From the IMG/VR virus record IMGVR_UViG_3300002835_000117: a stretch of DNA of 64,000 nucleotides. One strand, written 5' to 3'. Below, piece by piece: positions 28,329 to 37,900 of the stretch. Every line of letters begins with the position of its first letter. Positions within the stretch are counted from its first letter, which is position 1. Position numbers and translations under genes: made by a program. The notes under the pieces were generated by a model. It was given only the letters and a program-made list of their open reading frames with translations, was not told the DNA's origin and did not search any database. The stretch comes from an uncultured virus (IMG/VR IMGVR_UViG_3300002835_000117) (lineage: Duplodnaviria; Heunggongvirae; Uroviricota; Caudoviricetes).

Positions 28329-28754
28329 TTAAGATTTTAATATGTGTGAGCCATGGACACGGACTTGTATATGCCCGTTATAATATTCGTTTGTTTCTAA
28401 AACTCGCCTTGAAAATTGTTCTCTTGCCTCAATGTAACTGCATTCTGCTTTAGATTTACAAAAATAAAGTATTTCTCTTATAAAATTTTCTGTGCCTAGT
28501 TGTACTACATCTTTATTCAATTGTTCGTTTGAGCCATAATAATCTTGCCAGTCGCTGTCTATTTTGCTTCGAATTTTCTTTTTCTTTTTTGTGCCGTTCT
28601 TTAACTTTACAGTCTTGTAGGTCGTTTTACTAAATTTTGCCAATTTTTTGCCAATGTATTTTCTATTTGTTATTTTGTTAGTAATGATATAAACAAAGCC
28701 TACACAATCTTCGGGTAATTCTGTTATGGTATTATTTTGATATAGCCAAGTCAT
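28329..28754 (-). CDS. Minimal GIY-YIG (Seg-like) nuclease-domain protein
   Basis: GFVYIITNKITNRKYIGKK, YYGS, F.REIL, E..EQF and YYN motifs; Lys-rich insert; no C-terminal DNA-binding module. Confidence 0.8.
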   Translation of the reverse strand: MTWLYQNNTITELPEDCVGFVYIITNKITNRKYIGKKLAKFSKTTYKTVKLKNGTKKKKKIRSKIDSDWQDYYGSNEQLNKDVVQLGTENFIREILYFCKSKAECSYIEAREQFSRRVLETNEYYNGHIQVRVHGSHILKS

Positions 28755-29022
28755 GTTTTTTCGTCTTTTTCGTTGCTTTTTCTTCTCTAAGACGAATTTT
28801 TTCTAATCTTTTGTTTGCCATAAATTCTTGTGATACTTTTTGACCTTGTCTTTTCATTTCATTAGCAATTTTTGCAATAGATCTTAAACTCCTTCTAGAA
28901 ACCATAGCAGGATCTCTACCTTTGGTTCTTATAAAGAGTTGGTGAGAATTGTGTAAAGTAGCAAACTCTGAAATTAGTTGAGAGTATAAATTTTTATATT
29001 TTTCTAATTCAATGTTCGACAT
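28732..29022 (-). CDS. Small basic helical protein, possibly Hc1 (histone H1-like) related
   Basis: 96 aa from MSNIEL; Lys/Arg-rich; pattern F...G...A..SRRSL..IAK.A.E.K resembles phage Hc1-like proteins but is divergent. Confidence 0.45.
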   Translation of the reverse strand: MSNIELEKYKNLYSQLISEFATLHNSHQLFIRTKGRDPAMVSRRSLRSIAKIANEMKRQGQKVSQEFMANKRLEKIRLREEKATKKTKKHDLAISK

Positions 29023-30787
29023 AATCAATATCATTTGAATAACTTGTAAATCCGTTTTCTTTTGTTACTTTTAATACGTTGTTAACTCGTCCAATCAATT
29101 CATCTTTATGAGATATTAAGTATATATTCTTATTTCTATCCCTGGCCATTTTTTTCAATACCGCTAAACTGGCTTCAACGCCGGCAAAGTCCATTCCTGC
29201 ATCAACCAATTCATCAATAAACAACAAATTGATACTTTGGTACAGTCCTTCCCAAACATCTCTAAAAGCAAAACTCATTGAAAGGATCAGTCTATTTCGT
29301 TCTCCCCTGCTTAAATTATCAAAGTCTAATTCTTGACCTAATTGAGTAATTTCTACAGTTAAATCGTTTTGAAACACAACCTTGTGAGGAAGCCCTAACT
29401 TGTCAATGTAATAGGTTAATCTTTTGTTTAGGTAATTTAAATTTTGATCTATAATTTTCTTTCTGATAAAACTATCTTTATTAGTTAATAATTTTAATAA
29501 AAACTCTTGATGATCTTTTAATTTTGTTAGATCGTTAATGGCAGTCCAATCGACTGTTTGAATTGCAGTTTTCTTTAAATCATCTATTTGTTCTTGATAA
29601 GGATTTTTTTCGTCTGCTTTTTCTAACAAAGATTTTTCTAAATTATCGAGATTATTTTTGTGTCCCAGTGCTTCTGCTTCTGTTTCGTAAAATGTGTTAG
29701 GTTTAGGAAAAACATTTTTTTCGCTAATTTCTTCTGATATTTTTTCTAAATCATTTACTACCTTATCAAAGTAAGTTTGTGCATCGGCTAAATTATTCAT
29801 AGCAGTTGCAGTCATTTCTTGGTGTTTATGATCGTGCAACTCTTGTTCACACGCCGGGCAAGTTTTACTAGATAGAGACTCTACTTCTCGAACATATTTG
29901 TCTCTAGTTTTTTGAGCCTGTATAACTGCGCTTTCTAGGGTTGCTTTTTGTTTGTTAAGACCTCGAATTTTTGTATCAAGTTCTTCCCAAAGTTTTAAAT
30001 TTTTATGATTTTCTAATTCTTGAATAATATCTACTGATTCGAGATTAACAATGGCTCGACCTAAACTTTCCAATTCTTGTTGATGTTTAGTATCCCATAG
30101 ATTACTTTTTAATTGCAAACTATCAATACTTTTTTGTATGTTTTCGTTTGATGTTTTAATAGTTTCAATTTTTAAATTTTCTGCTAAAATTTTATCTTTG
30201 GTATTTTTGATTTCAATTTTTAAATTTTCTGCTTTTGTAGAAAGAATAGTAATTCCAAGAAGTTGTTCAATAATTTCTCGTTGATCTGCCGCTCTCATTG
30301 CAAGGAACGGTTCAGTGTATGTATTAAGGGCAACAAGATGTTTAAACATTGAATGACTCATTTCGAGCATTTCTTCAATTGTTTTTTGAGTTTCTCTACT
30401 ATCTCCTTGACTTTCGTCTTCATCTTTGGCTTTTAATTCTTTGTTATTAACAAACAATTTTAAAATGTTAGATTTTCTGCCACGCTCAATTCGATAGTGT
30501 GCGTTGTTTTTTTCAAAGTCAACAGTAACTAACATGTTTTTACCGTTGATTTTATTAATAAGATTTTCTTTTTTAATATTAGTTAATGCTTGGCCGTACA
30601 ATGCGTAACTTAATGCATTAATAATTGTAGTTTTACCGGTACCGTTTCTTGAACCAGTATCGTCTCCGCCAAGGTCTAAGTTTGATCCAAGCACAAGAGT
30701 TAAATGATCTTTATTAAAATTTACTGCCTGAGTTTGATTACCCACGCTCATGAAATTTTTAACAGTAATAGTTTTTAGTTTAAACAT
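29009..30787 (-). CDS. gp46: Recombination endonuclease ATPase subunit (T4 gp46 / SbcC-Rad50-like)
   Basis: Walker A NGTGKTT, zinc hook CPAC, signature LSRGE, Walker B LLFIDE, H-loop ISH. Confidence 0.95.
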   Translation of the reverse strand: MFKLKTITVKNFMSVGNQTQAVNFNKDHLTLVLGSNLDLGGDDTGSRNGTGKTTIINALSYALYGQALTNIKKENLINKINGKNMLVTVDFEKNNAHYRIERGRKSNILKLFVNNKELKAKDEDESQGDSRETQKTIEEMLEMSHSMFKHLVALNTYTEPFLAMRAADQREIIEQLLGITILSTKAENLKIEIKNTKDKILAENLKIETIKTSNENIQKSIDSLQLKSNLWDTKHQQELESLGRAIVNLESVDIIQELENHKNLKLWEELDTKIRGLNKQKATLESAVIQAQKTRDKYVREVESLSSKTCPACEQELHDHKHQEMTATAMNNLADAQTYFDKVVNDLEKISEEISEKNVFPKPNTFYETEAEALGHKNNLDNLEKSLLEKADEKNPYQEQIDDLKKTAIQTVDWTAINDLTKLKDHQEFLLKLLTNKDSFIRKKIIDQNLNYLNKRLTYYIDKLGLPHKVVFQNDLTVEITQLGQELDFDNLSRGERNRLILSMSFAFRDVWEGLYQSINLLFIDELVDAGMDFAGVEASLAVLKKMARDRNKNIYLISHKDELIGRVNNVLKVTKENGFTSYSNDIDYVEH

Positions 30788-31610
30788 TGATTGATTCTAA
30801 GTTTTTTCTTTCAAATTCACCAAAAATTTCAAGAACATCTTTGGGAATTTCTTTTTCAGGGTCAACCTTTACATAAGGATTGTTTCGATTGAACATATCT
30901 TCACCTTTTAAAATTTTTTCTTTGATGTGTTCGGGTGTTTTAAATTTGTCTTGATTAAATTCTTGGTGAGCAAATGTTTCGATTTTATATTGAATAGTTT
31001 TTACATCACCCCAATAAGTTAGGTGCCATCCGCCTCTAGAAATTAAACCATAACCGTATTTTTCATTTCTTAGTTGTTGCGGGCTTAGTTCTTTAACAAT
31101 TTTGTTAGTGCTGATTGTAGTACCTCTTATTGGGACAACCTGTTTTTGTCTAAAATTATATGCATAATGATCTTGCTCAACTGCTAATCTATCCCAACCT
31201 TTAGAAAAATATTCTTTGGCAATGTTAATACATTCTTTATGAGGAATTTCGTCAAGGTCACTAATCATAATAATATCGTGGTCATCGAATAAATTTAATG
31301 CTTTGCTAATATAGTTTCTTTGAGCATTTTCTTGTTGCCACGGCCCTGTGTCATAATCTCTTTCCCAGGAAGGTAATTTATTATAATTAAACTTTTCTCG
31401 ATCTACAATAAAGGGAAAATAGAGAATTTTATCTAAAAATTCTCTATACCTAAATAAATTTTCTGCAAAGTGCAAAGGTTTTTCATGACCACTTTGTGTA
31501 ATGTTCGATTCTACAAGAACAAAAAAGTCGACATGATCTTTTAGATATTGTAATCTTCCTTTTAATAATTCAAATTCATTAAAAAACATAAAACAGTCTA
31601 CTATTTTCAT
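30780..31610 (-). CDS. Glycosyltransferase family 17 (GnT-III-like)
   Basis: DCFMFFNEFELL..R, FVLVES..T.SG..K, E..QRN, ISDLDEIP (DxD), GGWHL, KI..FAHQE motifs. Confidence 0.85.
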   Translation of the reverse strand: MKIVDCFMFFNEFELLKGRLQYLKDHVDFFVLVESNITQSGHEKPLHFAENLFRYREFLDKILYFPFIVDREKFNYNKLPSWERDYDTGPWQQENAQRNYISKALNLFDDHDIIMISDLDEIPHKECINIAKEYFSKGWDRLAVEQDHYAYNFRQKQVVPIRGTTISTNKIVKELSPQQLRNEKYGYGLISRGGWHLTYWGDVKTIQYKIETFAHQEFNQDKFKTPEHIKEKILKGEDMFNRNNPYVKVDPEKEIPKDVLEIFGEFERKNLESINV

Positions 31611-32620
31611 ATGCTGTTGTAAATTTTTAATAAAACGTTTTTGTCAAAATCTTTGCTATCAATATTAACTAGTTGTTCTGAAACAATTTGATCAACACTT
31701 TCAAATTTTTGATCTGGGTTGTCATCAATAGTCCCTTCAAGATTTATTTTATCTTGAATTAAACTTATTTCTCTAATATCGTGTTCTTTAGTGAAAGTTT
31801 CTTTAATAAAATTTGCTTCTTCAAAACTAATATCGATATCTAAATTTACTTTTAAGTACATTTTAGATTTTAAAATTTCATCCTTCTTATCAATTAAATC
31901 TGAAAGTTTAACATGTCTAAATTTGGGACAATCGAGCCAGTTTATATATTGTGGCTCACCTCCCCATTCTAGTATCATCATACCGCGCTCGTCGTCCCAA
32001 GAGTCTGCAAAATTATGAGGAAATGCATTACCAATATAATGCACTTTTCCTCTACTTTGTCTTTTATGAAAATGACCACTAAAAACGTAGTCTTGATTTT
32101 TAAAATGTTCTGCTTGTAATTCACCGGTGTCTGGCATTTGAACCATGGCGTTCATGTAAAACAACGGTAGTTCAAAATGACCGAACATATATCGACTTTT
32201 AATTTTACTGATATCTTTCCATTCGTCGCCTACCAACCACGGTACTAAAGTCACATCACCTATGGTGCATACATTTTCGACTACAGTGACGCCTGGAATA
32301 TGTCTTCCAAAGGCAGAACTGTGGACATCTCTTTTGTCTTTGTAAAATAAGTCGTGATTGCCCGGAAACCAAAAAAATTGTTCAAAAGAAGATCCGAGTT
32401 TTTCTAATAACTTAATACTTGTATCTAGTGTTACAAGATTTAAACTATTTCGATTATGACTCCAATCCCCTAAAAATATTCCAGTCTCACAATTATTTTT
32501 TTTGGCTTCTAAAATAAACCAATCGATAAACTCTTCGCAATCTTTAAGATGTATCGGTGAATTACTTTTTAATCCAACATGAAGATCTGTAAAACAGGCT
32601 ACCTTTTTAAAAAGGTTCAT
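31607..32620 (-). CDS. gp47: Recombination endonuclease nuclease subunit (T4 gp47 / SbcD-Mre11-like)
   Basis: Metallophosphoesterase motifs TDLH, LGD, GNHD, GHFE, SGHFH. Confidence 0.93.
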   Translation of the reverse strand: MNLFKKVACFTDLHVGLKSNSPIHLKDCEEFIDWFILEAKKNNCETGIFLGDWSHNRNSLNLVTLDTSIKLLEKLGSSFEQFFWFPGNHDLFYKDKRDVHSSAFGRHIPGVTVVENVCTIGDVTLVPWLVGDEWKDISKIKSRYMFGHFELPLFYMNAMVQMPDTGELQAEHFKNQDYVFSGHFHKRQSRGKVHYIGNAFPHNFADSWDDERGMMILEWGGEPQYINWLDCPKFRHVKLSDLIDKKDEILKSKMYLKVNLDIDISFEEANFIKETFTKEHDIREISLIQDKINLEGTIDDNPDQKFESVDQIVSEQLVNIDSKDFDKNVLLKIYNSI

Positions 32621-32640
32621 ATAATTTTTCTCCTAGTATT

Positions 32641-32669
32641 ATTTTAAATATATTAAGAGTAAAAGTCAA
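32641..32669 (-). promoter_or_regulatory. Sigma70-type promoter upstream of gp47
   Basis: TTGACT (32669-32664), 17-nt spacer, TAAAAT (32646-32641), then AGGAG SD. Confidence 0.65.
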
Positions 32670-33571
32670 GCCCCAGGTTCTTCTTCATCTTCTAACGATT
32701 TGGTTTTAGGTGCTCTAAAATTTTTATAAATTTCGGCCTGTCTTGCAGTTTCTTCTGCGTATTCGTGTTGATATTGTCGAGTAATACTTGGAGTTAATCC
32801 GGCTTCTTCCAACATGTCGTCTCGAATGTTTTGATTTTTCTTTTCAATGTTTAACACTCTAGTAAAACTATTAGTTACTGCCGCAGTATAATATGCAAAA
32901 GGATTTTCTGATTTGCTTTCGTCAAATTGCAACCCAATTTGACTTAGTTGTAGTATGGCTTGTCCCTTCATTTCGTCTACGTAAGTATAACCACGCCAGT
33001 TTGATCTCTGTGCATATCGTTCACTTAATTTTAAGAACATCTTTCCCAATTCTTCAGTAATTCTTCCATGATCCTTTGAAAATTTTCCTTTTTCTAAAGT
33101 GCCCTTCCAATGGCTTTTACCGACACACACTAATTCGTCGTTTTCATCAAATTTCCAATGTTGGAACGGGGGAAAATTAACTTTATCGTGACTATCTGCG
33201 GTAGTTTTTGTTGTTTTTTTTCTTCCCGGAGACAGGGGAATATGATCAAATGTCATTATTCTAAATATTAGATCTGTTTTTGGAATAGTTTTATAATTTG
33301 GGATACATTCCGAAAGTTTTGTTTTTTTATCTCCTTCGGTTTTTAATTTTAAAAATAATTCTAAACCTAATCTTTTTGCTCGATTTCTTTTTGCTTCTGC
33401 TATTGATCGAATATTAATTTTATCTATATTTGACAAGATTATATCATGTTGGCTGTATTCTTTTTTAGTAAAACTCGAAAAACTGCATTTGCTCTTATGG
33501 ATTTCTGCTAATAAATCTTTATTATTTAAATATTTTACTTTTCGTAAAGTCGGTAACACTGGGTCGGTCAT
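32666..33571 (-). CDS. gp55: Late-transcription sigma factor (T4 gp55-like)
   Basis: YLNNKDLL, NWRGYTYVDEM, QFDESKSENPFAYYT, F.R.LNIEKK motifs; T4-like synteny with gp47/gp46. Start set at ATG 33571 (MTDPVL), which has an AAGGA SD. Confidence 0.85.
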   Translation of the reverse strand: MTDPVLPTLRKVKYLNNKDLLAEIHKSKCSFSSFTKKEYSQHDIILSNIDKINIRSIAEAKRNRAKRLGLELFLKLKTEGDKKTKLSECIPNYKTIPKTDLIFRIMTFDHIPLSPGRKKTTKTTADSHDKVNFPPFQHWKFDENDELVCVGKSHWKGTLEKGKFSKDHGRITEELGKMFLKLSERYAQRSNWRGYTYVDEMKGQAILQLSQIGLQFDESKSENPFAYYTAAVTNSFTRVLNIEKKNQNIRDDMLEEAGLTPSITRQYQHEYAEETARQAEIYKNFRAPKTKSLEDEEEPGA

Positions 33572-33594
33572 TATTGTTTTTTCCTTTGTAGTTG

Positions 33595-33623
33595 ATTGTA
33601 TTAATAAAAACTGCAAATGTCAA
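33595..33623 (-). promoter_or_regulatory. Near-consensus sigma70 promoter for the gp55 operon
   Basis: TTGACA (33623-33618), 17-nt spacer, TACAAT (33600-33595). Confidence 0.75.
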
Positions 33624-33640
33624 CCATTAAACGGGTGGTT

Positions 33641-33657
33641 TATTTATTGGTTAAATA
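33641..33657. promoter_or_regulatory. Back-to-back late promoter cores (AATAAATA - at 33641-33648; GTTAAATA + at 33650-33657)
   Basis: In the divergent gap between gp55 and the baseplate operon. Confidence 0.45.
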
Positions 33658-33677
33658 CAATGATAAGGAAAAAAGAA

Positions 33678-34604
33678 ATGAGCACTGAAGTTTATACTAT
33701 CAATGGAAAGCAAGTTTCAAAGGCTGAGTATGAAGCGTTTAGAAGTTCTATAGATTCAACAACATTGCCTAGTAGAACAGACAATGCAAGACAAGCCAGG
33801 CAACAAACAGCAGAAATTTTTACTCCAGAAATTGACATTTATGGAGCAGGAAGAAACTTGCCTCGTGAAGAAACTCCTGAAGTTGACTACGGTGCTAGAC
33901 CGACTCCTGCAGGAGATCCTGGTGCTATGCCTAAAAAACAAAAAGGCGATCCTGTTGTCAATGTTTATGATGTGGGAGGAAAAAAATTAGGACAAGATCT
34001 TAGAGTTAAAATTTTAGTTCCTCCTAATTATTGGACAAAAATTACTTCAGGGCCAAATGGCGCATTGAGAACACTTAAAGGTGTAATTTTTCCATATACC
34101 CCTAGCATTCAGTTTGATTTAAAAGCAGACTATAGTTCGGCAACACCGCTGCACTCTAACTTTCAGATAAATTTTTATCAAAAATCTTCAATAGGAAATA
34201 TTAGTGTTTCGGGAAAATTTACTGTAGAATCAAAAAACGATGCATTGGTATTGCTATCGACTATGCATCTTCTTAAATCCTTGACAAGGATGCGATCTGG
34301 AGGAAGGACAGGGGATCCTGACAGCGGTAGTCCTCCTCCAGTTTGTAGGCTCGTAGCACATGGAAAATTTATACTTGATAATGTGCCGGTAGCCATAGGT
34401 AGTGTTAGGATGGAACTGCCCGATAGTGTTGATTATTTTACAATCGTCGATGATGAAATTTTTGGATCAACTTCAGTTCCTGTTGTCTCAACAATTTCTG
34501 TTACTTGTATACCTATGTACAGTAGAGCAGAAATGCAAGATTTCAGTGTTACAAAATATATTAACAATGAATCGAATTTTATATCTTCTAAAGGGTTTGT
34601 ATAA
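33678..34604 (+). CDS. Baseplate/tail-tube initiator-like protein (gp48/gp54-type fold suspected)
   Basis: GVIFPYTP, SGKFT, GSPPPVCRL, VPV.I.S...ELP motifs; first gene of the baseplate operon. Start reassigned to ATG 33678 (MSTEVY) after an AAGGA SD. Confidence 0.6.
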   Translation: MSTEVYTINGKQVSKAEYEAFRSSIDSTTLPSRTDNARQARQQTAEIFTPEIDIYGAGRNLPREETPEVDYGARPTPAGDPGAMPKKQKGDPVVNVYDVGGKKLGQDLRVKILVPPNYWTKITSGPNGALRTLKGVIFPYTPSIQFDLKADYSSATPLHSNFQINFYQKSSIGNISVSGKFTVESKNDALVLLSTMHLLKSLTRMRSGGRTGDPDSGSPPPVCRLVAHGKFILDNVPVAIGSVRMELPDSVDYFTIVDDEIFGSTSVPVVSTISVTCIPMYSRAEMQDFSVTKYINNESNFISSKGFV

Positions 34605-34903
34605 TGGCATTGTATTCTAAAGACAGTCCTTATTATTTGACATCTGTATCAAATGGTTATCTTGATACCTATGTTCCTAGAGATATACCTGCAGAAAAGG
34701 ATGATATTTTATACACCATTACCTCGACATACGAAAATAGGCCAGATTTATTGGCTTACGATTTGTACAAAAATGAAAAGTTATGGTGGGTTTTTTCTGT
34801 AAGAAATAAAGCAAAAATTAAAGATCCAATTTTTGATATGCGGGCAGGCACAAATATATATCTTCCTAAAATAACAACCATTCAACGAGTGTTAGGTATC
34901 TAA
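34604..34903 (+). CDS. LysM-like baseplate wedge protein (gp53-like)
   Basis: RPDLLAYDLY....LWWVF..RN motif, G..IYLP. Confidence 0.75.
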   Translation: MALYSKDSPYYLTSVSNGYLDTYVPRDIPAEKDDILYTITSTYENRPDLLAYDLYKNEKLWWVFSVRNKAKIKDPIFDMRAGTNIYLPKITTIQRVLGI

Positions 34904-34904
34904 T

Positions 34905-37900
34905 ATGTCTTCCAGGATAGATGTTCAAAATAATGTATATGATTCTCCAGAAATTTCTAGAAATACTAATTCTGAAGAAAATCAATTTCAGGAACAAAAC
35001 AAACAAGAAGTTGTTCAGTCCGGTGAAAAAAATATCCTTCACAATTATAGATCAGTTACATATAATTGGACATTGGCCGGATGTAAAAAAGAATTTCTTT
35101 CAAATCCACAACTATTAAGTGAAGGAGAATTAGATTTTGTAATTTTAAAATCTGGAGGTAAAGGTACCACAGGTCTTTCAACTAACGTTGCAGGTATCGA
35201 AAGAAAAGTTGGAGAAGAAAAGATTACAGTAATGGAAGGAAATGAAGTTGTAGTTGCAGGAACTAAAGACATTACTGTGACAGATTATAGTGCATCATCT
35301 ACAGTCGCAGGCTTTAATAAAGACAGTCCTGGTCGATTTGACATGTTTATAGACAATGTAGAAATTCAATCAGTAGCATCATTTAGTAAACAGTCAAATG
35401 TATCAATGCCTACGTCAATCAAATTTGAAATAATTGAACCATATAGTGTAAATGGATTTCTTGAAGCTCTTTATGTAACTTCTATTGCAACAGGATATAC
35501 AAGTTATGTGCAAGCAAATTTTATTTTAAAATTAGAATTTAAAGGTTATAAAGATGGCAACGAATTTTCAGATCCAGAAACAGTTCCAAAATCTACTCGA
35601 TATTTTCCTATAACATTTTCAAATATTGAAGTTGATATTACTGAAAGAGGAACTCGTTATAGATGCGAGGCTGTGCCTGCAAACGAAAAACTTTTTGGTG
35701 AAGCAAATCAAATTAAGAAACCTCTCAAATCCGAAGGAAATACAGTTAAAGAAATTTTATATAATCTTATTAAAAATTTAAATTCGCAAACAGTTCAAAT
35801 GTATAAAGATACAAATGCTGGACTAGATAGTACACAAATTGACGAATATTTTATTAAGTTTAAAATTTTTGATAATGAACAAGGATGGATAGATAGTGAT
35901 GACAGTCCATTGGCAAAATCTATTTTTGTCAAAGTTATGAAAGAAAATGCGTTATATAAGATGGAAGATCCTGCCGAAACAACTCAGCCTACTGCTTATA
36001 AGGTAGAAGGTGCTCCGCAACAAAATCCTCAACCTACTCCTCAGGATCAATCTAGAAATCCTGAAGGGTCAAAGTTAACTCCTACTAAATCAGTAATTCA
36101 TATTAATGAAAACGCAAACGTTCACGAAGTTATTGCGTCAGTTATAAGAGACAGTGAATATACAAAAAATTTAATTGCTTTCTTAGGAAAAGTTCCAAAT
36201 ATTCCAGACCAGTTTGGAATGGTTGATTATTTTACGGTTCGAATAGAAGTAACATTAAAAAACGGAATTAATAAAGTAACAAAAAAACCAGCACAAAATA
36301 TTACATATGTTGTTTCACCATATAAGATTCATTATACAGAAATACCAAATTATTCAGATGCAATTATTAATGAATCTGAACTTAAAAAATTAAGTTTAAG
36401 AGAATATAATTACATATATACTGGTCAAAACTATGATGTTATAAATTTTAGATTAAATTTTAATACATTGTTTTTTGAAGCATTACCTGCTGCTATGGCT
36501 AATGATAAAAGGCCTAGTTCTCAACTTGGATCTACTAGTGATGGTGGTAAAAAAATTGGAGCAGAATCACCGACTGTTGGAGATCAAAAACAATCGCAAG
36601 TTCCTCTTCCACCTAAAAAGATAGCAATTACTCCAGTTCAAGCATATGGAGGTAATGCAAGTCAGCCATTAGACGATCCATATTCTGTTATGGCGAGACA
36701 TATGCATGAGGCTGTAGTTAATTCTAAAGCAAGTCTTGTTGATGGAAAATTAGAAATTTTAGGCGATCCATTATTTTTAATAACCGGCGGTATAGGCAAT
36801 ATAAATTTGGAACCAGAAAAAAGAGGTCTAAATAAAAATGGCGAAGCGAATCATCTTTACGGACAACTTTTAATAACAATTAATTTTAGAAATCCAATTG
36901 ATATTTTACCTTTAGAAAACGGAGGTACTATGTTTTTTGATAAAAATAGAGTACCTTTTAGTGGATCATATCAAGTTACTGAAATTTTAAGTACTTTTAG
37001 AGAAGGTGTGTTTAAACAAACTTTAAGTGTTATTAGAGTACCTGGTCAAATATTAGATTATAGTGTAAAACCTACTGATCCAAAAACGCTGTTAGTTCAA
37101 ACAAGTGATCCTGTTGATCAAGTTAGGGCTGATTCTTCAACTGCTAGGGGTGCTAGTTTTAGACCTAGTTCTGCAACGATAGCAGAACAACTTAGCCAAG
37201 GATCTTCTGCTACAACTGCCGCAGATCAAATTCAAGAAGAGGCACCTCCTCCACCCCCTCCACCTCCCAGCGGTGGTCTTGGTGGTACTCCTGTTACTAA
37301 TTTAACTAGATCCTATGGACTGGCAGGCAGACCTAGCGGATTATTTGCAGGATCATCTGTTATTGGACAACCTTTGCCAGTTGATGTCTCATCAAACATT
37401 AGATTAATGTCAAATAACATTCCTTCATCTGCAATCTTTCAAGGATCAAGAATGCAAAACAGTGTTACAGGACTTTATATTAATTCTAGACAGGCTAAAG
37501 ATATAGTACCAGCAGTTTCAAGAATTCCTCAACCTTCTATTAATCCTGGTGGTTTATTTGATCGAGCCAAGGGAGATATAGATTCTGCAGCAGCATTGGC
37601 AATTGCTACAAATGTTCTTACTGGAAATTTGCCTAAAGAAAGAGCTATAGGGTTATTAGCAACAGGAGTTATTAATTCTGCATTAAAATCTATTAAAAAT
37701 CAATCTAATGTCGGTTCTGGAATTGGTGAGGGGGCAACTGTTTCTATAACAAACCCTGCTGATACTAGTTTGCCTGAAAATCAATTTTCAGGTACAGTAG
37801 AGCCTTTTAAGAAGTTAGGTAAAGATACCTTAAATGCAGTTTCTGGAATGGCAAATGATGTTGGAAAGTTTGTTGGAAAAGTTGGAGATAAAATTAAATC

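Noticed and set aside
33489..33677. N-terminal extensions of the ORF-track calls 33489..34604 and 32666..33616
   Set aside because: They would overlap each other and the promoter region; SD-supported starts are at 33678 (+) and 33571 (-).
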